A stretch of 64,000 nucleotides of DNA from Mizuhopecten yessoensis. Lineage: Eukaryota. Position 1 is the stretch's first letter, and each line of letters begins with the position of its first letter. Positions 26,741-38,892 of this stretch are shown here, piece by piece. The translations under genes and the position numbers were made by a program. The stretch covers positions 477,108-541,107 of the forward strand of contig NW_018408838.1 in the NCBI RefSeq assembly GCF_002113885.1, given 5' to 3'. The notes below the pieces were generated by a model that saw only the letters and a program-made list of their open reading frames with translations, searched no databases and was not told the origin of the DNA.

Positions 26741-28059
26741 GCATTTGCTATTCATTTTGAGAAAAAGAATAAAAGTAATATCAAATAAAAATGTATGAAA
26801 TTCTATTTCACATTATATCAAGTTTTGTTTTTATAACATTTCCGATTGACTTTTAATCAGAGAAATATTCCATTTTCTTTGTAAAGAATTATAATGACAC
26901 GTGGTAGTAGATGAATGTGAATATTAAAATGAAATAAAATATTTTTAAAAATGTATTAAACCTGAAAATAATAACGATTTTACATATATTATAACAGGTA
27001 CAGTACTAGCCGCCTACGTGTTATTAAAATCTTAAATTGTTGTTGATCAAGTAAAGATTCATTAACTAATCTTAATATCAAAGATTGTTTAAAATTCTGT
27101 AATGCATTGTCTATAAATTACAACTGATACAATAACAGTTGACTGAATGTTGTTTTCATATTTCCTTTATTTTATAGTTATGTCTGCAAAATATCAATCT
27201 CAAGCTGATTTTATGTAGACATACACTGTGGATAGGAAAAATAATTATAATTTTCACTTATCATAATATCACAAATGTCAATATTGTCAACATTTATTCA
27301 AAGCTTGGGCTATTAGCCCTCATATGTGGTACATGGTGTACAAAAAACGATATATAGAGATGATGTACATAATACACAATATAATCAACTAAGAGGTTCT
27401 GATAGCTTCAAAGACAAACTTCCTTACATTGTAATATACATAGCTGTCTACTATTTTTGACACTTATCAACTGAATAGTCGGAAAACCGCACTCTGAGAT
27501 TTTGAAATTTACTACAAATGAACAGAAGCGAAATTCATCTTTCATGTCTGTGGAGGTACATTCCTTACAATGTCTTTGTTCTGAAGGAACATTTCTTTTT
27601 CTACCAGGTTCAATGAATGCAAAGAAGTATTTAATCTACTGAGACATACATGTATTCTATACTTTACAGGAAATACTTCGTAAAATAAAGTTGAAGAAAA
27701 CAATTCATACCATATACCGTCATAAAGTTTTGGTTAATAGCACCGTAGGCATGCAGTATAGACGGAATAATAATAGTTTAATGAAAACTACTTTGAACAT
27801 GTGTTTACCATCATACTGCATAAATAATGGAGTAATGTGTACAGTATGATGTACAGTTAACGTGAAAAACCCTTCGTTGTCATTTCAAATGATTACATTA
27901 TATTAATGAAATACTAGTTACTCGGGCTGAACTTATATATTTGTGTAACATTCATTGAAAATAAGCTTACATGACCAATGTATTCAAAAATGGTATAAGG
28001 ATGTTACAATCTTGACCAGATAATTAATAAACCGGAAGAAATGCGACCAATGTCGCCAC

Positions 28060-28790
28060 AAATGGCGATCTTGGTTGGAGTTCCTGTGACGTGGAACAGA
28101 AAGTGGAGGTTTGTAGGCTCTGGTTAAGGATCAATGGAACCGCTCACGATATACTAGTCTATAAAATACATTAGTGGTCAAAATGAAAACGGAGAAGTTG
28201 GGAATGTCGTGTTAACAAACTACTCCATCAACGATCATTGAACGACTTCTACGCTCTGAAATCCAATGTTAAACAGTGCCTCCGTAAAGCCAGACGTGTG
28301 TTTTCTCAGGAGGATGTAAATGACTGGTATCGACGCCTGTGGAATGACAATGGCCATATTAATGGGAACAAACCAAGAACATATCGTACATATAAGAATG
28401 AATTGAGCACTGAACCCTATATTAGTAATATTATGCATGTTGGCCATAGACAAACATTAACAAAGTTCCGTTGTGGTTTTTCTGAAGTTAAAAGTCGAAA
28501 CCTGACGGTATTCTACACCTTTACAAGATCGACTTTAGACGCTGCTTTATATCATACGTATCACAAGCGCCTATGTTTTAACTTTATATAAGTATGTATA
28601 CAGTGTTAGTGATTTTACTTATTTAAGGTGTGATAATGACTGTTAGTGTCTCATAAGCCAGATTTGGATGAATGTCGATAACTGATCGATTTAAATTTTA
28701 AAATAGCTTTTACCTTTTGTAAAATCTGTTGTAGTTTTAATGTATATCGATATGTGACACTTAAATAAAAGAAATTGTATTGTATTGTAA
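28060..28790 (+). mobile_element. Degraded non-LTR retrotransposon (LINE) 3' fragment
   Basis: Translation NKPRTYRTYKNELSTEPYISNIMHVGHRQTLTKFRCG matches the post-RT C-terminal region of L2/Crack/RTE-X-type ORF2. Ends in AATAAA followed by an (ATTGT)n tail. Confidence 0.65.
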
Positions 28791-29046
28791 TAATATGTAA
28801 AGTAAGGACATTTAATCTGATATTCCCTATTATTATGATGAAGACTTTAATAGATGAAGTGGAAACAATTTTATAAATAAATAAAATTTTACACCAAACA
28901 TCAATCCTATGTATACGTTCATATTCACATTGTCAGACACTTTACAGTACAGACTATAGTTTGACATTAGAAATCTGGGCAAATTTTTAATACAAGCAAA
29001 CAAAAGGAGATCTGAGCTGATTGCTGGTTAGTGTTCACTCTCCACG

Positions 29047-29068
29047 GTGTGTGTGTGTGTGTGTGTGT
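29047..29068. repeat. (GT)n microsatellite
   Basis: About 11 GT units. Confidence 0.9.
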
Positions 29069-32000
29069 ATCATATTGTATATTGTCTCTGTATTGTTTTG
29101 TATATATGTTATAACTGATAAGTCAACCGACTTAAAGTAATAAAGAACTTGAACTTGAACCTGTAATTAACTCTTATTGTTCTCTAACTGACACCAAATC
29201 TCACCTAGCATACACCCAACACCTTACCTGTATATAGGAAAATACCAAATGTATGGTACGTGAGACGACACCATCTAAGACACGCTATCTACTAATGATT
29301 AAGTTATCAAGGTACATGTAACACACACAGGTAAGTCTTATCTCTTTTTAAACATCGCAGTGCGGACAATGAAAATTGTGCATTATAAAATTCTTTAGGT
29401 AGTCAAGGCATAAACGTGTTATAATTACACAACACAAAATACGAGACAATGAACAATTATATTGTTACTAATGAACTGAAATCCTAATGTTGATGTGCAT
29501 ATCATGATCATATATCACATCATATATTCGTACTTATCCATTCAGAGAGCTCTATCGCCTCGATTTCAGGTTTGCGTGTCCTACGATATTGTCTATCTGT
29601 TATTACTGTCATAGACAACTAAGATTCCATTTTAAAATCATAATTGAGTAACTGTACATGTTTATCTAATATATTTCGTCTTATTCTTATTCTTAGGTAG
29701 AAATTGTACTTTTCCATTGAATAAGTGAAAACAAAGTTCTATAAATATATTTAAGTTGTAGGTATAACAGAATAGCTGAAGCATGAATATCTTTTGGAGT
29801 TATTCGACTATGAATAACTAATAACTTAATTCATTCATTTATAATTACATTTCCTTATTTTTACCGATTTTGATTGAAAATACTTACTTTCGGTTACATT
29901 ATAACTATCATACCACAGCATTGTCTGGGTCAATGGCTCTGGTGTTTTTTTCATCGTATGATACTTTCATCAAAAAGAAAACTTCCTGACAGTCAATAGT
30001 CCTAATAGTACTGTTGTGATTATGAGAGATGTCAGTGCGTATCAATGATATCTATAACAATAAAACGTTTACCTACAAAGTATATACAAACTTGGACGTA
30101 TCTGTATTGCCGTTGGTATTTACTATCATTGCCTATACAGAATAAGGCCTGTGAAGTTGTCGGCTAGACACAGATTATATTAAAACTTGCGGGATTCACA
30201 GTGACAGGCTTAGTCATACATGTAGCCATAAAAACAAAAAATATCGCCGGTTATAAATTACAATAAGTTCTGGATCTTGTAGATTATGCATAACATATTA
30301 CACATTAAATTTCTAAATAGAAGTGTATGTTGTGTTAAAATATTCCGCAAGGTTCATTAATAATTCCGTTGGAATATTTTCCATTTTCCATTTGCTAAGT
30401 TTAACACTGCGCGATGTTAGATATACAATGCATATATGCGATTTTATTTAACTAAATACAGATTATATTTCGAACCTTAATTATTAACTTAAATGTCCGC
30501 CCATTTTAGACAATTCGTATGCAACGCAATGTAAGGCATGTTATATCTCTTCGTTCGACAACATCTGTAGTGCTACAACTGGCACACTAAGGATATAAGC
30601 TAAAATAAGATTGAAAATTCATTTTTGTATCTATGAAGGATTCTGTGTCTTTAGCATACCTTGCAAACGTATCCATTTTACGTCGCTTTCACTTTTGTTC
30701 CGTTTAATAGACCTCTTGCAAAATATAATATATTTTGCTTTTCTCTCAGAATAATGTACATATTGTCGAAATTTAAATACATATCATATGAATTATTTCA
30801 CTTTGAGACCGTTTTTTACAATGTACTATTTTAATTACGGTTTTCAATTTTAAATGCTTGCTTGTTATTTCTTGTGTATTTTTAGAAAGAATATCTGAAA
30901 ATATATTCTATACACTGGATAAAAAAACCAAAAACATAACGTTAGAAACGCTTCAAATTCTAACCACTAATTGTATCATTGTAGGAGAGAGAAAAGGTAC
31001 CGTTTGACACCAAGTCATACTAACAATCGTGTAGAATCTTATAACATAGACGGAATACATCTGATAGAGAAACTTATTTAACGCATAAATTTGTGATTTA
31101 TAAAAACACTTGTCAGCCAATTCGTTACTCCTGAGTGATCGTGAAATGAAACCTGTCGCATTAACCATACAGTTACGTCATCATATGGCCATAGTTGTAT
31201 TACAACATGGGATCTAGATATGCATAATTAATACAGATACTTTTTTTAAACAACCAGCTAGATATGTACATATACATTTTTAATTAATGCAGGTTATCAA
31301 AGATATAGTAAATCTATGGTTTATTTAACTTTGCCATAAAAATACACATGTAAGCAGACAATCGTTTCAGCATAAAAAGATCATATTCACATGAGTATAC
31401 AATGGAAGACTTTGCATAGTAACAGAATATGTGGCGACCCCTTTGTAAACACAATTACAGTTGTAAATTATATAACATCGTATCCTACAGGACACTTGAG
31501 TACCACTCTATATTGACACCTCCATATAAAACAGGGCGTGGTACAGCCTGACAGATTTTTTATCACCATGACGGTTATATTTCTTTCGTTCAAACTTCCT
31601 ATTTTCAAATATGAACGTGACGAGGACCCAAAAATATTATATCCCTGCGGAAGGGCTTTGCCCGACATCTTGGATCAAGATTGACTGCTGATATTTATCA
31701 TACATGTGGATATATCTTATGTAAACGGAATAGTACCAACAGTTTGATGGGTAGAGACCAACTAATATACTAAACCGTGGTACTGCCCAACTGACAGGTA
31801 AACATAAAGTAGGGTAATGGTAATTGTACCAACCACCTCACAGGTAGACATCTATATCGGCTGCCGGGTACATAACATTTAATAGTATCAGTAATGGTAC
31901 CGCTCCACAGATATCTACGTATATAAGTATCACGTATTACATGCATAATGAAGCAGTGGTACAAATAACTTTCCTTTCGTTTTATTACACTGCATATTTA

Positions 32001-34882
32001 TGACGTTTCCTTCCAAAAAGATAAACGAAGTGAAATAGTGCATGGTAATTATTAAAATATAAAATTCAATAGAAATTGAAAGTGAATAAGACAATTTGCA
32101 TCAGCTAAAGTAAGCATTGTTATAACTATGGACAATAACAGTACTGAATTGTGCACAAAACTCTAGGTTGAACTCAAATCGATGAAACTAGGACATAACA
32201 TGAACAAGGGGAAATTAGAATGTAGAATCATGTCAGGCCCTTAATGCTAGACATGACACGTCTTTGTTGTGCTTTCACTCTTGACAAAAGACTTCACACT
32301 ATACATGCATACCTCATGTCACCTACGGAGCAAACTAAAACGACCTAAAACAGCACATACTGAAAACACTAATGACTTCCTCGATCAGGTAAACAAATTA
32401 TTCAAACAAAATATATCTACTTACCGTGGACTACCTTCAGATCGCTGCTCCACACACCAATGTTAATAGACGACTATGGAATTGTATTGGTTGTACACAG
32501 GCAGCGGTGACGTATGCCTGCATTCACCTGGAATCAGGTGTCATGTTTATGCATGAACTAGTATAAGCATAATGAGTCTGGGTTTTCCAGAACCGTATTT
32601 GTGAGGAAGTGATAGGTCAAGCATGTCTCTAAGCTTTGTGTGATATGTGTACGCCTTTTATCGTTTACGTGCATTCGCATACTTGTTTCTGAATTTCACC
32701 ATTCAGATATGTATGTGGCAGTGTTAAACAAGCACAGTGTATTCACATTTTGTTTGCGAGACAATTGAACCATGTTTGTGCTTACTAAAGATATATTTAG
32801 TGTCAGGCTAGAACTTTCCCTATAGTTTGAATTCATTTTCTTTTTCTTATTTTTCTCTAGCTCTCCAATTTTACTTGTCGTTACTGCTGTGGAATAAGTT
32901 AACAGTGTTCACTGAAGACTTCAGATTATCATTATTTCATAATCACATATCACAATCAAATATTAGATATATGTGTTGTTTTCTTTTTCAAATGTGCAAC
33001 TCGAAATCCGTTTTGTCTTGTTTTTCTCTCGGCGGAGTATATTTCCAATTTAATATACATGTAGCTACATTTTGTATATAATACAAATCTGAATTACATC
33101 GTATTTCTTTAAGATTAAATTGTGTGATAAGATATTGCAATTTATTAGTGAAATAGTACTCGGTACAAGCTTTATATCTTTTTAAAATTAAACCTGCCAC
33201 ACCGTTCCTGGGAGCAATTTTCAGTTTGAATTTCATCACTTTGTAGAGTGTGGTAGGGAAGGGGACCATGGTGTTTTTCCTTCTGTTTGATGTCTCCTCA
33301 GATCCCTCGTTTGTTTTTCTATTCCCTTTCAGTTGAGATTTTTGTCCTCATGTATCGAATCTTTTGTGATTCTCGTGTAATGATAATCCCAATGGAAAAG
33401 TACACACTTAACATTTGAAATTAAATTTCTAATTGAAATAGTAAACACTCAACTACTTCGTCAATAAATAGCCAAACTTGGATGACTCCTTATTACATGT
33501 ATCTAGCTAAATATCCTTTCAGTTAATTGCTGTTTCCATTTAACAATATATCCTTAAAAAGTGCTTAGATTCCTGCTAATGCTCCATAAATTTATGATAT
33601 CGTACACAATTCGAGACCTGGAAAAGTCACTACATTGATCGTGTAAGCGACCAAATGTTAAAAGCAACAGAAAGCACGGTATGTCATCCATTGGTGATTG
33701 TTTTTAGATTGTCTCTTTCCCCTTATACATGATCCGATTATACTCAAGCTTTGAATTGTACAATGTTATATTTTGCATTAAACAGTAAACCACGATAACA
33801 AATTCTGTATTTATAAACTAGTGCTAAGCATTTTCCATCAAACTTTCGCCCTGCCCTATTCCTTTGCTTTGTGGTAAAGGTTCTGAAGTCGCTTTTAAAC
33901 ATTTGTGAGAATACGTTTAATTTCTTTACATAATATCTGTATCATCAACTTTAGAAGCTAGACTTGTTTCAATATTTTAATGACTTTAATGAAATACGTA
34001 TAGACTTATTTCTTAATTTCAGTGAAACAAACTGTTTGTGGTATTCTCTACTTTTTGTTGTTTTTTCTCCCTTTTGAGGTTTGATAATTCGATATATGTA
34101 ATGAAGGAGAGCATGTTGATAATATTCATACTGTACAATGTTTAATTTGGAGTAAAGAACTATGTTTAAATTGGATCCATGTGGAAAAATAGTACGTTTT
34201 GCTTTTATGCATATTGAGTGTACAATTAATAAAAATACATTATATATGAAAATCATTCTCAATTATTTTTCGTTCGGATATATAAAGGACAACATGTGTT
34301 TAATATATAACGGTAAATGGAAAATGATAAATGTATGAGGAAAACACAATTACCAGTGTTAACAATACGTGTGTAGTCTCCTGAGTAACGGCTCACTACC
34401 ACGGTCAATTTGATCGCTTTGGTGTGTCATGGCTACGGATCGAGCTGTGTTTTATGTCAGTTTGGCGATATTAACCTGATTGATAGATTGACAGTTTAAT
34501 TGACTATATGCTGGTGATTTTAGTACAGTGGTCGAATATAGCTGGTTAGTGTGGTATGCCGGACACCGCTGTCCACAAAGGTCATGCAAAATCGCGTGGT
34601 GGCCAGCTAGCTAACGTGGCGCTGCAGGTAAACGAGAAATATATTAACAATATTCTTAACATGGCAGGTACGCAATCTCACTCTACAATATTGTCGGGCT
34701 TCATCACACTGCCCAGGAATTTACAAGCTATTTATTCTTATAAAAAACATCCACTTTTATTTGATCGGCAATAATCAAATAAGTACATTATTTCTTTTAA
34801 TAAAACACCTCGACATTTAACATACAATATCTCTCTTACGACTGTTTGAGAAGTGTTGATATTGATACGATTAATGCACGTT

Positions 34883-35779
34883 TCATTTTCGTTTAAACGC
34901 TTTGCGACAGAAGGAATCGCGGGATAGCAAGCTACACTGCTGTAACCTTTCAACATCAGACCCGTATTGGTCAGACGAGGATACGCGATCTTCGTTACAA
35001 GCCACATTTTCAGTTTCAAACTCAATCTCAACATAGTCACTGTCATCATCTTGAACAATTATTTTTTGTCCACAGGATGTACAGGATTCTGGTCCAGCCA
35101 GTGGACAGTAAGGGACACACACTGGACAATGTACCGAGGAGCAGACCACACTATTGAACGTTTTGCATACATCTGCCTTCAAGAGGGTAGAAGGCGAGTG
35201 GGAAGACATTGTTTTAGGCGGGTGTGGCGAAATTATGCTATTGTCATCTTCCCAAATTAATTCATACACATCTGTATTTTGCTTATCAGACATGCATTTC
35301 CGAGTTGAAACTGTTAATTGTTGAGTGGTCGGTGCTTCTACAGGTTGAATCGTCTCGTAATCGTCAGTGTCCGAATACTGTTCAGCAGTATCAATATCGA
35401 CAGCTCTTCTCCCTAGGTATGATCCAGTAGAGGATTCTACAGGTACACTGTGTTCCTGGTACTTATTACTCTTTAAACAACTATTCCCCAGGGCCTTTTG
35501 CTCGCCATGATATCTACAATAAATTCTTTGACCATCGTGCACTTTCATAGAGTCGTAAATGTGGAACTCCGGCTGGTTATCCCCCCTTAATGTTTCATAT
35601 AAATGTTCACCCTGCACTAACTGTAGCTTAGTGTACATATTGGATCTCGTACAGTCATCTGCTGCGTCTTTCTGCCATTGCCTCTGCTTTCCTCGAACAC
35701 ATTGACCTCGGATAAGCTGTTTGTTTACCATGGTGCTGTCGTTATTTCTGATTTCAGTTTCCTTAGTTCCAGCAGCCAT
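34883..35779 (-). CDS. Gene C: 298-aa predicted-disordered cytosolic protein with multiple Tyr-based motifs (ITAM-like) and a Cys cluster
   Basis: Non-repetitive 897-bp ORF in AT-rich surroundings. Preceded by acceptor TTTTTCCAG| at 35857, with upstream donors at 37161 and 37152. Motifs YTKL-x8-YETL, YDSM, DDYETI, VYELI, SDYVEI and CSSVHCPVCVPYCPLAGPESCTSC. No recognisable globular family. Confidence 0.7.
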   Translation of the reverse strand: MAAGTKETEIRNNDSTMVNKQLIRGQCVRGKQRQWQKDAADDCTRSNMYTKLQLVQGEHLYETLRGDNQPEFHIYDSMKVHDGQRIYCRYHGEQKALGNSCLKSNKYQEHSVPVESSTGSYLGRRAVDIDTAEQYSDTDDYETIQPVEAPTTQQLTVSTRKCMSDKQNTDVYELIWEDDNSIISPHPPKTMSSHSPSTLLKADVCKTFNSVVCSSVHCPVCVPYCPLAGPESCTSCGQKIIVQDDDSDYVEIEFETENVACNEDRVSSSDQYGSDVERLQQCSLLSRDSFCRKAFKRK

Positions 35780-38040
35780 GCTTTTTTCATGTCAATACAG
35801 TTCTTTTTTTGGAGATGCTAAACATTGTGCTTTTCTCTTTTTGTAATTGACCGGCACTGGAAAAACAAATCACACCGTATGATATAGTACTGAAACCATC
35901 AACTACAATTCAAACGTATCACTTGATAGTTTTTTACTACTGTAAAGAGCGGTACGAAAGAATAAAATCAGAATAGAATTCACGTTAACGAATGTATGTT
36001 AGTGTATATATTTGGGTTTTCGAAAATGCGAATATGGGATAGAAATTCACAAAATGCAATAACAATTTAAACGATACTGAACCTAAGCTAAATATGAATA
36101 TCGCCAAAATATTTGAAGATATGCTGACATAACCTGAATAGGAATAAACATGTTAAAGTGTGCACAAGGCAAAAATATGGTATCTACATTAGTAAATTAC
36201 ATTGTCCTGTAAAAGAGAACTTTGAAAATGTGGTATATATTTCCAATGGAAACTTATTACAATGTTAACACGAATAAACAACAAATGCCTAAAACGTACG
36301 TACGGTCATCGAGTGTAGATCATAAGCCAGCATCTGCATCTTCAACTGACGAAGAATAGAGTTATGGTAGTTAGTTAATTAGTCATACAGACAGAGAAAA
36401 AAACGTATACATGTTAATACAGACGTATTTACAGTGTAAATGAGTGTTCAGCTGATAGCGATATTTCAGGTCGTGGCCCTTTCTGTATTCACAATGACTC
36501 AGTCGGTGATATATAGATAGGTGGCGATACAGTTTATCTTGATATCTCAGCATCTGTATTATCCTGGTATCGTAGTATATACATGTATGTTTAAAAACAG
36601 ATAACTAAAAGTGACAGTGTGGAAAAAGAGAATTTGTCCAAGTTTCGAGGCAATCCGCCCCTTTATCAAGACAAAACACGAACAAACACAACATATAACA
36701 CAAAGAAAACGCCTAAGGAGTTCTTTGAATAATTTATAAGCAAGAGTTATTTCATTCGAAATACTTCTGACTATGCTGATGTGTGTGTTAAGCTGAAGCC
36801 GTAACAAATAATATCCAACCAACTGACTGGGGCCCACCAAGGGTGGATACATCTTTTTTTAAATAGGATAAATCACTCATTTGGTGTTGGATAACCCTGC
36901 GAAAGCACTCTTTATCTGACCTGTGGTCCTGGACAGGAGGTCGTTTCACTGGCTTATCTAAAAGCAATACACAAAAGTGTCCTTTACTTCCTTCAATTAG
37001 ACATCATTCTTTAATAGCAAAAGTAAACAAACATGTCAACATCTTATTTGGAGGGTAGATGTATGGTACAAGAGGTGTTTACCCACATGAGTCGGTTACT
37101 TCTACATCGGACAAGAAATGATAAAATAATCACGTTATACGTGTACACTTACCTTACTCACAGTCATCCATGAACTCCTTACAGTGTACAAGGGTGAAAT
37201 GGCTGTTCGTGTTATCAAGTCTGGCCTTTAAACTGGTCATCCTAGCCCTCGGCATTATATATGGATGGATGAATTTTACAACGGTGAAAACTAAACATTT
37301 GCTTGAAATGCTTCATCATGTCCGAAGTACAACAATAGATTCGTAAATGATAGCAGTAGAATTTCATCAGAAATACTGTCCTAAATCTGATTAATCGCGC
37401 TACATCGTGGCTATGTAATTGTATTTAACCACACACACACAGTCACATAAATTCAAAAGCAAATCATGCTAAAAATCTCAAAAGGATCATTACCTGTTAC
37501 ATAAAACGTAATGGTATGTAAATATATATGGATTTTTTACAAACACAAATGTGACATCAACTCACTTATCCAATTCATAGCAATCAATAGTTAATGCTGA
37601 AATTACACGTTAAAAAAAAAAGACAAAACTTTGTGTTGCTTATTTAAGTCTTCCCTTCAAGCATACCCTAAAAGTCTGTTTTTTTCACAATTTCATTGCT
37701 AAACATTGAAAGATATAGCAGTGGACTCAATGTATCCTGTGACCTCAGTATGGTTATTGTGTAGTCACAAAAAAGATGATGCATCTATTTCGTGTTATAT
37801 TGTAGGTGTACCTCAAAATTAACAATATGCATTAACCACAAGATCGGATGAAGCAAAATCTTCTATAAGAATAATTATATTATAAGAAAATAACAAAACG
37901 TGTATTATCTTTATCAAAGGACGTTTAAAGCTGACGAGGACAATGTTTCAAAATGATTATGTCTTACATTTTGTCCTCACATCATTAAAATGACTTAAAA
38001 CTTTCCGGTCGTCTAGATCTTAAAATATATATATGAAAAT

Positions 38041-38074
38041 GGGTTTTTCCAAGGAACCCGGATGTCTATAAATA
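38041..38074 (+). promoter_or_regulatory. Putative promoter module of gene B, in the region between divergent genes C and B
   Basis: GGGTTTTTCC (Rel/kappaB-like, 38041-38050), overlapping TTCCAAGGAA (TTC-N4-GAA, STAT-like, 38047-38056), CCGGATGT (ETS, 38058-38065) and TATAAATA (38067-38074). Donors follow at 38220 and 38457. Motif-only evidence. Confidence 0.45.
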
Positions 38075-38892
38075 GAGTTCATATATATACCAATCGAGTG
38101 CTAACTTTTCAAAAAGTCTACACGGGATGGTGTCGGGCGTAGGCGTATGATAACGGCATGGCCGGATTCAGACAATAATCGCCATATGAGATCAGTATTC
38201 AACAAAGATAATGTTGGAGGTAGGTAGAATAAGCATGATACTCGCAAACCCGCATCAATTTGAATTTCTCTCCCATAATTGCCTTAACACCTGTTTATTT
38301 CATGTAAAAATAAGATTGACATTTTACTTTACCTGCATTACTACATGTGTATCTGTATATTGAAATCCATTTCGAATAAAAATAAATAAAAAAAAGTTAT
38401 TATTTGTACATTAAAGTTCCGTGAAACTTATTATAATGTTATATGACCAGATTCAGGTAAGATTGATAAGGTATTGTAAAATTAACACGTGAGTTTTGTA
38501 ATAACAACACCGGACAAAATGGCCGCCATAATACACACACATACGTCAATAATAGGTCACGATGAAAACCGACAGCCCTGTCGTTGAAGATGATTGTATG
38601 AATAATGTACTAATTTCCACTTGTTACTTAAGGGAATGTTTTCTGTAGATTTGATAATGTAAGGGTATTTAACCTGTTAAGTTGATAAAATGAATATCCA
38701 ATGTATCTTTAACAAAGTAGGTCACCCTAAACAACCATCAGCACAGGTGGAATTGTATGTTCTAGATCTCCTGTCCTTGTGATATTGTGTAACAGTTTCA
38801 TAACATGTATTTTCCATATTTGACTTTAATATTTTCTGTGTTTTCAGGTACATACATAGAAGGCATAATGTAGTGTGCGATTACAACAAACA

